Shown here in pieces: positions 38,601 through 52,100 of a stretch of DNA of 64,000 nt (positions within the stretch are counted from its first letter, which is position 1; each line of letters opens with the position of its first letter). The DNA comes from Bugula neritina. Its lineage: Eukaryota > Animalia > Bryozoa. The DNA is taken from the NCBI GenBank assembly GCA_964035545.1, contig OZ037768.1, forward strand, positions 18,087,700-18,151,699, given 5' to 3'. The position numbers and the translations under genes are program-made. A model generated the notes under the pieces. It was not told the DNA's origin, searched no databases, and was given only the letters and a program-made list of their open reading frames with translations.

Positions 38601-41600
38601 CAGAAGATTCTAGTGACTCTTGTTAACATGGTAGTGAGTACATGAGAAAACCAAAGTCTACCTGGATTAGTCTTGTAGAAGAAATCTTTATATTCATCCA
38701 TCCACACATCAGCTATTCTCTGGGTGTTATGATTCAATATGGTGGCCACTCCACCAGGCCACGAGTACGGAGATATCTTTCTAAACACATGACCCACTCT
38801 TGAGCAAGTGACTATCAGAACTTGGCCTCCACACTGCCAAATCTACAGCACATGGTAGAACCACAATTCTAAATCAAATAAAAGTTTGAACAGACGGTGG
38901 AAATTTTCTTTAGAAATTACTATAAACTTAATATTCTTTAAGGAAAACAAACAACAAAATAAATCAAGTACAACTGAAAATCGATTTAGCAACCGTGTTA
39001 GAATTTTCTCCTGGTAAAAAATCTGTAGAACAATAAGGATGATAATAAAGTATTTCTTTTGCAGCATAAATAAATATAATATTCTAATTCCAGACATGCT
39101 TACTCTGAATGACATCTCCAGATTCTCTCCGCCCCAGATGTTCATACCAGAATCATATGAGCCAATCTCGTAAAAGTACTCTTTGTTGATTGAAAATAAT
39201 CCACCAGCCATTGTGGGGCTCCTAAATGTTCAACACAAAGTGATTTCTTTACAACACAAAATACAAGAACGTAGAATAAGAAATGAGACAGAATATACCA
39301 TAAAACTACAATATTTCAACTTATTTTATATTAAAATAAAAAGCTCATGTACAGTCTTGCAAACAGCAAACTATTATCAAATGCTACAACATAAAAATAA
39401 AATAGCTGAATGGATAATCTAAGTAAAATATATTTCAGTAAAATCAGGTGCAGAAGTTGACGAGAATGACAGGAGAGAAGCTGTGACTCACCGCAAGGGC
39501 TCACTGCGGTCATTGCGTCTACGCGCCAGCTCCCGATGTGGCACCGAGTACCAGCGGAAGTTGAGTCGCCAATTGAACCCTCCCCACGTCATATCCGAGC
39601 CAGTGACGTAAGCAAAAGTGTTGTCATCTATGACGTCTATTATAGGGCACACAACTGCTTTCCTATTGTAACAAAATCAATATATATTTTTGAAAATTTT
39701 TTTAATGATTTCAAATTTTAAAATACTAATCAAGTGTCCACTTTACATAAAAAGCAAATTTGAAAAAAAACAATTATGGGTTAAAACATGGAGAATAAAC
39801 ATTACTATCATTGTATGCATTTCACATTTCATAATAAAAGCTAGTAAATGGCTAACCACATTACCGATTCTTATGTATTTCGTGCAACAGAGGTTCCAGC
39901 CATCCTTCTGTGGCCTCACAATGCGCATCCAAAAATGTCAGCACTTTCCCAGTTGCAGCTTTTGCACCTGAATTAATGTTACAACAACACATTATCAAAT
40001 AGAGAAGTCAATTTTAAAGCATCGAATAATCAAACAACTTGCAAGTAAAATCAGGGAAATTGGTAAAACATTAAAATGGCTGTTGCCTATTCTTACCTCA
40101 TTATAACATTTTTATGTTTCTGAAGACCAAAGGAATTTCAGAATTCTTTATAAAATTATTGTATTTGAAACAAGAATTTGTGAAAATACTCCAAATGTTA
40201 GAGCCTTTTATCTTTATTTATTGAAACGTGTAATAGCATCCAAACAATACATGTCTTGAAAATATAAAGCAGTAGGAAAAAGCTGACCTTTCAACCTGGC
40301 TCGAATTAGTCCGCCTCTAACAGGTATACGCTGAATATTTATAGGGACTGGCAACTTGGAAACATATTCATCAAGTCTTTCTTTCAGATGCTCTACAATA
40401 CACAATAATACGTTCAAAGATATGCAGTAATTTGAACATGAAAACATAATTAATATATACCCACAGTCTGTATGGAAACATAGGCCATTTCATGGCAAAC
40501 GTTGGTAAAACTCTGTGTGATACACGAATTATATTTGCAAGATTGTGACACATTATTAATTGGACAGACTCGAATTATTCTCCCATACATTCATATTTAT
40601 CAGATATTACAGAATAATATTGCTAAACTCACTATACAGAGCGGCTTAGCTAAAAAAAAATTTTGCTCTAAAGCTTATATAATAAACAAAAATAAAATAT
40701 ATATTAGAATTAGATATTTGAAAAAATAAATATATTATTAAGCATTATATAAATATTTTATTAAAAGGGAAATATGATTCAAACTGATACACATTCTGAT
40801 ATCTTCCATATTTATAATAACCTTACTTGTGACTAAATAGCTAAAACAGTGTTGAGAAAATAAAAATTTATCAAACACTACAATTTCCAGCACATGTTTT
40901 TGACAAATTTGCAGTAGAAAAAAATGATGAGCCCTTTTTCTAAAAGTTCACAAAAATATTGAAGAGCAAAAACCTAACCTAAATTCAGATCCTTCAGAAA
41001 AACTTAGCAAAATAAATATGAATTTTGTTTTATAAAATAATTTCCAGTACCTTGATCACTAGCGTCGTCCACCATAACTATTTCTTTGAGAAGGTGACGT
41101 GGAGATCTATAAATGACGCTGTGTACAGTCCGTAGCAGCGTAGACCAAGCCTCATTGTGGAAGACTATGATTACACTAGTGTCTCCAAAGTCCTTTACCT
41201 GGTAAGTGCTGGCTTTAGAGACACACCTGTGTTTGATAAACATGGTGCTATATGACATATAATATATATCATATATAACATGGTGCTATATGACATATAA
41301 TAATATGATATAACATGGTGCTATCTGACACACAGCAACAACATACAAATGCTGATGAAACTAACACAATGTTGTTCCATACCTTCAGGGATAATTAGGT
41401 AAGCTCGTTCTGTGACAGATTTAACTATAAAAAACTTACTGGGAAGATCTGTAGTCAGGAAGTGTTCGGTTGAGAGACATCAAATCACTGGCTACTAAGT
41501 TGAACTGATTTATTTTGAAGGCAGTTTTAGACTTTGCTTGTAAGCTTGCCGGAATGTGAACAGCTTTCCCGCCATCTCCCGGATAGCTTGCAGATCGCAG

Positions 41601-42156
41601 AGCTAAATATGAGTTCAAATATTTACGAAAATGTATAATATAGAAAGTAGTATGCATACAATGTGTATCTATCATGCATGCACCATACAACAACATAGAA
41701 TATTAAGTACAGAATAAAGCTATAAAAATATAGTAACTAGCGCATGGCATAATGAGATTAAAAAACAAACAAAAGTTTCACTGCACACCAATAAAAGCAT
41801 TGGAGTTCTTTTTGTCTACTTTTTAGATATTGGGAGCCACTCAATATAAAGTGTGCTATTATTTAAAAATAGGTAGGTTAAAGGAATTTACCGCTAGGTA
41901 GTATTTTGTCCAAAAATCCTGTGTCTTTTGCAACATTCTCAACAGCTGGGACCAAAGAACGACTTTTCCCTTGCACTTCATTCTTTCCACCTGCTGCCTC
42001 TTCAGCTTTGTTAATTGCATGTAATTGCTTATCAAAATTTGAATTTTCATTAGCACAATTACTGAAATATGAGAGAAACCAAACATCCAAAATGCACCAG
42101 CAAAGAGAAGTAATCACAACTACTTTGATGGTGTGCTGCCATTTCCGGGACCACAT
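35632..42156 (-). CDS. Polypeptide N-acetylgalactosaminyltransferase (GALNT1/13-like), 13 coding exons, about 589 aa
   Basis: Exons 42156-41892, 41602-41440, 41226-41051, 40392-40288, 39967-39865, 39662-39492, 39221-39104, 38842-38662, 38390-38251, 37423-37325, 37074-36955, 36317-36248, 35690-35632. Type II membrane anchor followed by [22 protein letters not shown] (DxH), [15 protein letters not shown], and a ricin-type lectin domain with CLD and CHGLGGNQ. Confidence 0.95.
36559..36930. repeat. 19-bp minisatellite, about 19 copies
   Basis: Unit CAACAyGTAkTCATATATT, in a GALNT intron next to the donor at 36954. Confidence 0.95.
37795..38119. mobile_element. hAT-type MITE in a GALNT intron
   Basis: TIR CAGGGCTGTCCAAC / GTTGGACACCCCTG with perfect 8-bp TSD ATTTAAAT (37787-37794 and 38120-38127). 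Confidence 0.9.
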
Positions 42157-43334
42157 GCTACTCCAAATATCTACGCTTCAATCCCTACAGAAGATGAACC
42201 AATCAAACATAAATCATAACTTCAACTTTGCCATTATAAGCTTAGTGTCATATAGTGTTGTGAATGAAACAAAAGTACTTTAGAAATTGAGATAACAAAT
42301 CTTATATGGCTATTGCATAAAGAAAATTATACGTTATATCGTGAAGAGGACAGTACAACAATCTGCTGCTTTACTAACACAGGTATAAACATTTACGATC
42401 AAAAACAGATTGCAGTTACTTATTTAAGTATTTTATTTGATCAGCTACGTAATATTTAAAATAATATTTAAAACAAATCATTAGTAATTAATTAATAATC
42501 CACTACCTAAACAAGACAGAGTGGAGATAGGTAAGGATTAGTAATTTCATATCAAATAATGGACTACCTTAAAACTACATTGACAGTGACTGTGGTCCGA
42601 AAAATCATCCGTGTTTATACAAAATTCATCTTTCTGCACACCTAATACATTCGGAGGTCATCTGATTATAGCTGCTCATCATTTTTATAATAAATCTACA
42701 GTTGACAATAATTTACTTTGTTTATCTTAGAGTTGTTGTTAGTTGCAAGTGATTTTTTTTCATTAAATAATTGCTACTGCCTGGTTTATAGCGGCATATA
42801 ACAGTTATAAACCAGACAAAAGTTATCAGTCCATGTTGCATCCATTAAACCCAGTGGTAGCAGGTAGCACAAGTTGTGACAAGAATTATATTTTTGCATT
42901 TAGCACTCTCTAGTACACAGTCCTTTAATTTAAGCTCAAATTAAACCTATTATTCTTGTTATTTTATTTACTGGCTATGATGCAAAAAGAAAATAAAAAA
43001 AACCACATCTCCAACCTATTCTTTAAATTTAATATTAAATATTTTAAAGAATTGAAAAGCATTGTCTTTCACAAAACTTTTGTTAAAGGCAATATCACAA
43101 TAAGTAAGCAAACCAACACAATGTTAGTACCTGATTAAAAAAACTTTTCAAAATAATTTTTCTGTTCAACTTCAAGTTTATAAATATTAAAAATTAGTCT
43201 TTAGTTTTAGATAACCAACTAAAATGCCCATTATTCATTAACTGATTAAGGTCAAAAAATTAGTTTTAAAGCCAAATGCAGAAATAAAAATAATAGTAAA
43301 ACTTCAAATTTACCCAAGTCAAATACTTTTGAAT

Positions 43335-44100
43335 AAAATATTAATAACTAATAGTATTAGTAATACTAATAGTATTCAATTTTTTGTCATTATTATAAAG
43401 ATAATATTGATCATCATTATGATCTTTAATAACAACATGCTTATAGTTATACTAAAACTAACACTATTACCTTACTAAAATACTATAATATTAATTTATA
43501 AAAATAATTATTTATAATTATTACTATAATTATGTTAATTTACACAAAATCACAATGACAATGACAATTAGTATTACTCAATTACTATTACTTTTAGTAT
43601 TACTATAACTATTAGAGTATGACTATCAGTATCAGTATCATTATGAAGCATAAATATGATATTGATAATCATAATGAATAAATGATAATTCAATTGATAA
43701 TAAAATAAAAATTAATAATATAATCATAATGCTAAGGATTTATATAATTATAATTAAAACCAGATCTTCAATTTCATATTCATATTGATAATCATAGAGA
43801 CTAAAGTAAAAGTGATAATCATAATGATATTGATAAACTAAAAGACAAAAATAAAACCTAAACTAAAAGTAAAACTTTTACTTAAATTGTTAAAACTAAA
43901 AGTTAAAGTAAAAGTTACTTAAAGTTAACTGTTAAATTTTTATAAATTATTGACAAAAAGCGCAGACTTTCATTTTCAAATATTATCATTATAATCATTA
44001 TCGTGTGCATTATGATTATCAATTATGCTTATTTATGAAAAAAGAAAAATCAAAATACCATCATAGCCAGAAGTATGATATTGAGTAACTCAATATGAAT
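43335..44100. repeat. Periodic quasi-palindromic tract on the GALNT side of the GALNT/HAUS4 divergent region
   Basis: ATCAGT, TGATAA/TCATAA and TAAAAG/TAAAAC runs, plus the odd palindrome AAGTAAAA-C-TTTTACTT at 43867-43883. Confidence 0.8.
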
Positions 44101-44630
44101 AACAGCATCGAAGGAAATTGAAATTATTTTTTCCAACATATCAATTGGAATATTGCTATAAACAGCACCAAATTGGGGGAGAGGGACTACAGTGTTTGTA
44201 TACACATGTTGTATACACATAGTTGTCTAAAGTTCCAACCCCCAACTCCAAACTCTAGACCCCTGAAATACCGCACTCAGTCATCTCCAGCTTGGTGCTG
44301 CTTCAAGCTACGCTCTAAAAATTGCGTTGTTTACAAGTTCAAATACTAAAGTAGAGTTTGTGATGGCTAGGCTAACCGTCTTCTTTTTACTAGCATGTAG
44401 GATCTAAGCTAGAAAAACCACAAGTATATAATATTTATTAGTCGGCGAAAATCATATAAACTAAGGTTAAAAATTAGAGGGCGTATATAGCACTCTAATA
44501 TAAATTGGCCTCTCTTTGTTTGGAGGGTGGAAAATTGTTACTTTCTGGGAGTTTTGACTACCTGAATTAAAAGTTTGGTTTCTATGTTCTGAGTAATCAT
44601 ATTAATTGTTCGTTGATGATTGCCATTGGA
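44100..44630. promoter_or_regulatory. Probable bidirectional promoter core for GALNT and HAUS4
   Basis: A GC- and CpG-richer, non-periodic island between two head-to-head genes, bracketed by two periodic tracts. Inferred from position. Confidence 0.45.
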
Positions 44631-45230
44631 TTGGTATTTCATATTGATATTTCATTATTTGATGCTGGATATCAATATTTATAATTATAGGCTAGATTAT
44701 TCAAAATTAATAAAAATAATAATTTTTTCGTAGTGATATTCATATTAAATTATTAAATTTCATACTGATATTGATAATCAATATCATACTCATACTGGTA
44801 TTGGTAGTGATACTGATAGACTTATACTTATAGTGATACTGATACTCTTACTGACACTGTATTACAGTGTAAGTAAATGTGATACTGATAGTGATACTCA
44901 TACTCATACTGATAGTCTAAATTGGTATAAGTATTACTATTAGTATTACTATTACTATTAGTATTACTAATGTCTAATAGTAATACTAATACTAATAGTT
45001 ATAGACTATCACTATAGTAATACTAATAGTAGCTTAATAGTAATACTAATAGTAATAGCAACAGTAATACTAATACTAGTACTAATACTAATAGACAGTC
45101 TGACATAGTGATATTGATAGTGATACTAATACTATTACTTTAGTAATAGTAAGAGTAAGTGTCTTATATTAATGCTAATACTAATAGTAGTGGTATTATG
45201 ATCATAATTATTCAGTGTGATTCATTTTAA
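44630..45230. repeat. Periodic quasi-palindromic tract on the HAUS4 side
   Basis: TGATAC TGATAG TGATAC TCATAC TCATAC TGATAG followed by (TAN)n. Confidence 0.85.
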
Positions 45231-45449
45231 TTTTTATATTTTGGTTTCTATAGTTATAGCAAATGTAATCTGCCTTGTCTTGTCTTGATGAAGATCTCCA
45301 GCAACTTTTCTAACATCTATGCATATAAGTAATATGTAGCCTACCTGGGATTAACAATTGAAATTGAATATAAAAAAATTTGCTCCTCCTTCTTGTATTG
45401 TCACTATATTTTTCTGTCTTAATTCCTTTTAGATTTTCTGGTTTCTATA

Positions 45450-48400
45450 ATGGATACTTCTGTATTTTTTTCTGCCTTGTCAACAAAACTAAAAGAAAAA
45501 TATCAGGTGAGTTGTCTTAGGTAACTAATGGTTTAATGTTTTCGGTTTTTGTTGCATTATTTACTTTTTACTTCTACTTATCATTCAATTTCAAATAAAT
45601 TGTATGAAAATATTAATTTAGCTTGGTTTGCAAGGTTACTTCCTAACATACTATGTAACTGCGTACTACTACATAAATCCTACACCACAGTAAGTCTACA
45701 AGAACGTTGAGGTTTCATTGCATGGCAGATGTTTTCTGTATATTTACACATATTTTGTTCAAGAAAAGCTTTCCTAGCATATGTATTGTTGCGTTCCCTT
45801 TTGGTTTACTATGGTGTGTATGTGTGGGGGTTGAACTTCTAGACATCAATAATACAGTATAGTGCAGCAAGATTTATATTGTAATATACCATGTGGCTAT
45901 TATAATGGTCATAGAAAGTGAGTGAAGTCAAGTACCTTTAACTTTTTTGCTTTAGCACCAAGAAGATAAAGAGCTGGAAGATGTGAAGATGAAGTGGTAT
46001 AGGTCTATGGTGGTGTCCACTGCAGTTCGAGAGGTCTGCAATGAGCATATGATAGAACTCGCGTGTTCCAATAAAGAGGATGGCAAATCAATACAACCAA
46101 ATGAAGTAAGATCTTTTTTAACTCTTTAGTCATTTCTCGTCAATTTTTTTGTATAAATTTTCATGCTGCAAGCTAATTATTTAGTCTTCTGGAACATATT
46201 TTTAAACTCTGAAAAGATTCTCGTTGTTTGTTTGACTCAACAAGAATGAGAATAGAAGATGCAATCTGAACCAGAAGTATTTTTTGTAATTGAGAAATTT
46301 CACAAAATATTTCCCACCAGGAAAATGTTACAGATGTTTCACATGCAAGTCAGTGCAATAAGAGAGAATATTTTATGTGTACTGAGACAACTTATCCCCT
46401 TGCAGTCTTGTTTCAATAGTCATAAACTTTTGAGCAAAGTTGCATTGAATCAATATTATTACTTATCAAATAGTATGATTTTATAGTAAATCCATTTTTG
46501 TAAAATTGTTTTTAAGTGAATCTTCATTTGCAATAGAAAATCATTTTATCTCTTCCACAGAACATCGTAGACTTGAATGAGCGGCTCCTATTGGCTGAAA
46601 GTGAATTTTACCTGAAAACAACTGAACCAGGTGCCAGCGACATGTCCAACACTTTAAATATTTCATCATCCTTTAAACCTCCTTGTCTAGATGAGGTAAT
46701 ATTTAGCTAAGACCCACTTTGCTATTTGCAGATTTACAAAATAAATTACGTTTAAAGAGTACTACTTTCAGTATTAAAAACTTTTGCAGTCGACGAAAAA
46801 GGAGTTTCAAAAGCTTGTACAGGAACGAATCAGAAAGAAACTTTTAGACTTGAGCCAGTTTTACCAACCTAGTTCTGTCACTGCAGGTAATTATTTCTAT
46901 GTATTTCTCAATACCTGCATCTCTCACCTGGCCTCACTAGCCAACATGTCTTTAATCATAACTCTAAATAAGTTTCTGATTGATTGTTCATTGTTTTTGA
47001 CTGCAGGTACAAACTTGCTTCATGCTAAAGCTAGCCAGCTGTGTGCAGTCGTTTTAAAAGATATAGACACGCTGAAAAAGAACAAAGAAGAAATTGAAAA
47101 CCTTAAACGTCAAAAGCAGTCTCAGCTGCAGCAGCTTCAGCAGGTACTGCATTTTTTTAAACTGGTTAATGTTTACTTTTAATAGTTTCTCCTAGCTTTG
47201 CTATTTAATTTAATGATCACAAATCGAGTTTTTCGAATTTATTCAGGTTGTTAAAATGTAAAGGTATTTCTTCCAAGTTATTTTCTTTCAATTCTTTGAG
47301 AATATGTTATTGAGTGCTAATAAATCACTATTCTGGTTTGTCATCACTCAATTACCAAGCTTAATTTTAATTGAATGTAAGTAATCGGTATAGAAAAGAT
47401 TGATTTTCAAAGTAAAACTCTAAGTTGGATACTCAATGTGTGTGCAGACCTAAAGCCATGAAACTGCTTTGCTAAGTCTCTTCCTACATCGCACTAACTT
47501 CCATGTACTGTTGCTCTCAAGCTTAGGCTTTTTTTCCAGGAGTACAGTCAGACTATGCAGTTACTGGAGACAATTTTGGCTAAATATAAGCTTTCTAGTT
47601 TACATGAATATGAGACTGGTAATGTTAAGCGGCTTGCTGCTAAAGGAGATACCCTAGCAGAGAAAATAGCGTGAGTCATGTAAATATTGTTCGTAACCAA
47701 TAGAGTTCGGTGGCACTCATGTAGAGATTCTTTCATCTAACAAAGTGCGATTAGGTTTATCCAATCTAACTCAGGCAATGCTTTATCTATACTACATAGA
47801 CCGTGTTTTCAATTCACAGGTTTGTTGAAAAAGAGTTGCTTGCCAATACATACACACCAGAGATGATAAAAGAGTTGACAAGGATACGGTAGGCTTTTCA
47901 TTTAAAAAAAGACGAATTTTACAATGTAGAAATTACAGTCATTACAAAAAACCCACATCAAATTTTTCAACTTTGCATTTTTATATTTTTTTTCATATGT
48001 AACTTGTAATTTATTTGTATGGTTGGTGAGGGCTGGCAGACTATGTAGATGATGCAATGTGATAATTTCAATAACAGTATCTCAATAGCTGAGGTTTAAA
48101 TCTCTTGGTACTGAAAAAAAAATTTTATATTTGAAAAAATGCCTTTTTGAAAGCTCTTTTTGCTTTCAGAATATCGCCATATAGTTTCAGTGCAATATGA
48201 TCTTTCAAGTGTAACATAAATAAGAACCACAACAGTTTGCTAATGATTATTTTAATTTAATTCAAAAGTTCATTTATTATAGATGTAAAAGCTGCTTTAA
48301 ATTCTTACATTAGTAATATAATTTTTTAAACCTTTCAAAGCAGAGCTAAAAAGTTACTTGACTATAGAGGAAATTTACTCTTCTATGAGAATACACATGT

Positions 48401-48618
48401 ATTTTAATGTTTATTCAAACATTTTTAGATCTCAGTTGGATAGCCAATTAGCTAAGACACAGGAAGCGCTCATTAATGCAGAAACAGATATTCAAGCTTG
48501 TGTAAATCTCGGACCTGAATTTAAACAAATTGCCATTGAGTATTCACAGTTAAAAAAAGATATTGAAGCAAGAAATTGGGCACTGCAAGAACTGCAACTT
48601 GCTGCAACCAGACAATGA
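45450..48618 (+). CDS. HAUS4: HAUS augmin-like complex subunit 4, about 8 coding exons, about 321 aa
   Basis: Exons 45450-45506, 45956-46105, 46561-46695, 46790-46886, 47007-47143, 47540-47670, 47820-47888, 48429-48618. Colinear similarity to HAUS4 as I recall it: KWYRS, LNERLL, RKKLLDLSQFYQP, AKASQL, NTYTPE, LGPEFKQIAIEYSQLKKDIEARNWALQEL. The start is uncertain because an in-frame acceptor lies at 45432. Confidence 0.85.
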
Positions 48619-49137
48619 CATGATTCAGTGAAAACCGTCGATATGAAATTATTTTTTCAATACTTTTTTCAAAATGAGGCTAGTATTTTTCACCAATACA
48701 CTTAATTTACAAAACAAAAGGTTATAGTTTTATAATATATAGACCTAAGTTTATTGAGATATAATATGGATAATTAACGTTTACAGTAATAATTGGCTAC
48801 TACATAGACCACAAGAATATATAAAGACTTAATTGGATGTCAATAATTTTCTGTCAATACTCGTTTTTTTAAATTAGAACTAGATTTTTCTGTACCCAAT
48901 ATAAATGGCTTCTAAATAATAAATGTAAATTCTGATAGAATGCTCATCGAGTGTTACCATGATACACAATACTTAGAAAATCAACAGTGATAAAATGTTA
49001 AGGTTTAGAAATATAATAAAGCTCAACAACTACAAGCTCTATAAGATTTTCAAGTATTTAAAACTATATCATAGAGTATATATATAAGTGAAAATAATAT
49101 ATTAGTTTTCTGCAGTCAAGTACGCCAATTGTAAATA

Positions 49138-52100
49138 CTAAATAGTGCTCGCGGCTGCTGGTGTAGCAGGAGGAGTTGGTGGAGCAATGCTTGCAGCCAA
49201 CCGGACCTCCTGCTCATACTTTCCACCAAGGCCATGATGCATATAAGCTATGCCTGTTGGTGCTCTAGCAGCTTGGAGCACAGCAGGCTTGTAACTCCCA
49301 TTTATAGGAGTGTTGAAACAGCTAACAGGAAAATGGGTTGGTGCCGTGGCCAATCTTTTCACAGGTGGTGGCTGAGGGGAAACGGAAGTACTTGCATGGT
49401 AACCGTGTGACTGCTGCATAACTCTTCCTGGTTGCACAGACATTAGGTTGTTGATGGATTGGCAAGTATTAAGCTGAATCCCTTCAGCACTGGTAGCAAC
49501 AGGATAATTTCTTGTGTCGGGCTAAAAAACACTGTCTCTAATCAAAAGTGATCATGAAATCCAATTTGCATTGCAAACGTACAACTTCTAGAGTTTAAGT
49601 TATAGTCAAATATAATAAGGCAAATATTAATAAAAATAATTGATGTTAACTTCAATGATGCATTTTAGCAAACAATTAAACTAAAACTACATAAAATAAT
49701 CAATTTTTCTATATAACAGTGAGTAACTTTGCATCATGGCTTACATCACTAACACTTTCTTGAATAGCTCCATCAGTCATTTCCACATATTGAGTGGTGA
49801 TTCCTGGGTTGGTACTGATAGTCGAACAGACATCTTGATAGAGACCAGCAGCAGACACGGGAACTGGAGGCTGTTGGGAATTTATTGTAACAGTCTTTTA
49901 AATCTGATTATGGATTATTAATTACCAGATTATTTTTACATATTTCAATGGTGACAAAATAAATGCAAATTATTATCCGCTTTTAATATCTCACTTCAGT
50001 ATTTGAGAACAGCAGTCTTACACACACAAACTACTTTTTCAAACTTAATAGAATTTTATTACAATTAAATGGTGTTGCACAGGTTCTGAAAATAGAAACC
50101 CAGACATATATTGTTAATCTTAAAGCAACATAAAATTTTAATTCAGAAAGTAAAAAATCAATATCAAATTAGCTGAGCTCCCGTAAAGAATTTGGGCACC
50201 CAAGCCAGCTCATTTCTTATCAGATGCAATACATGTATTGTAGATATTATACAACGACAATGGTCTTTACCTGGTAACAATTAGCAGGCAGCCATGGCTG
50301 AGAAGGATTTTGGCATGGAAGAGCCGCTCCAACTTGAGTTTGCACAGGAGGCTGAAGAGAAATTGAGCAGAAATATTTATAGCATGTAAAATGACCTTAA
50401 AATGAATATAAGACATCATAACACAATATGTATGGCTATTATATTTTCTTGTTCACTTTGAAATTGAAGTTTATGGCAAGCATTTTTGTGACCTACAGAT
50501 CTCATGCTGGTGACTTAAATTTTACATATATAGCTGCTGGTTTGCTGCAGAGAAAAACTCAAGAAAATGTAATGCTTTCTGCTAACTACAATATAGTAAG
50601 TATAGCAATGTTTGCATCATTCAAAAACTCAGAATTCACTTTGCAAAATTTTGCCAGAGGAATAAATTTTTGATTGCAAACAGTAAAATTGCCATGATTG
50701 GTTAAATTATAACTCCGTATTTCTTTTACACTGTAGAATATAATTTGACAGCAAATGCCAATATGCTAGAGGAAATTTACTAAAATACAAAGTTGTCCAA
50801 AATATATAGGGAGCTTATGATTACAGAAGACCTTTAAACAGCAAGTGAAAGATGCATTAGTAGTATCATTTTAGAAATTTTGTCTGCCCAGATATATAAC
50901 TGAACTTAGTTTCTACAATTATAGAAACACTTGCAAATTCTCTACCACTATAGCTAATGCCAAAAGCATAAAAATGCCAACACATGAGAGATCAAGTTTG
51001 CATGCCACTTACACTTTTCTAACCACACAAACATTCATGATTTTCCTGTGTTGTCTACTAATTTAGTTAATAAAAAGAAACAACTACAAAATGGATAGGG
51101 TATGGGTAGACATGAACTTTTTCAGCAAATTGAGTTTGCTTTTAACTCTCAAAATATTACAGCCAATGTAGAGAAATAAATAACATATTTCAAGTTTCAA
51201 CAATAAAAGGTTCACCAACTAACTGGTCAACTGTTTTATTGTCAGCAAATTAATTACCGAATATGGAAAAGCTGCTGTCTGAGGCATATACAGAGTCGGT
51301 ACTTGAGCCGTTGGAATAATTACATTAGGGTAACCAGCAGCTCCGACTTGAGGCTGCACCTGTAATATGGTAATATTACTTGTAGTCAATGGAGTGTTGA
51401 ACTTGAAAGGACCGTTATGTTGAATGCATACCTACTTGCATGAAAATATGATTTTCATACAAGATATAACAGATATATAAACTTACTTGCTGTTGCAAGG
51501 CTTGTTGGTAGGCTTCGGGAGGCATAACTGTTAGACCACCAGTTGTTGCATAAGCGTATGGGCTAGTAACGAACATTGGATGTGCACCAGATGCAGGTGG
51601 AAAGCCATCTACAGCATTCATTATATTAACATTGAGTCAAATGACACATTCATGCATATATAATAATCATTTGTGCTATAGAATTGCCCATTAGAACATT
51701 TGTAGATAGATGAATATGGAGACTTACCAATGAGCCTGGCATATGTTTGCTAAAATAAAAAAGGCAAGTAAAACTATGTGATGAATACAAACATGGCACC
51801 AAATTGAAACACAAAAATTAGATATGTAAAGAATAAACTGTCACATATTTCAATAAAACTTGTTGTGAGCTACAATCCTGTTTGATAAAAACATAACGGT
51901 TTCAAATTTAAAAACACAAACTACAAAATTAGATTACCAAAAATATCTAACAGGATTAAAACATAGCATTTAAAGTTCATGTGCAGCCAGGTTTGTAAAA
52001 TAGAATGGTGTATTACACAACTGTTAACAAATACATCGTAAATAATTTTTGAAACAACTTTTTTTATAGTTTTAGTGTAACCTAAGTAGTTTGTAGTTGC

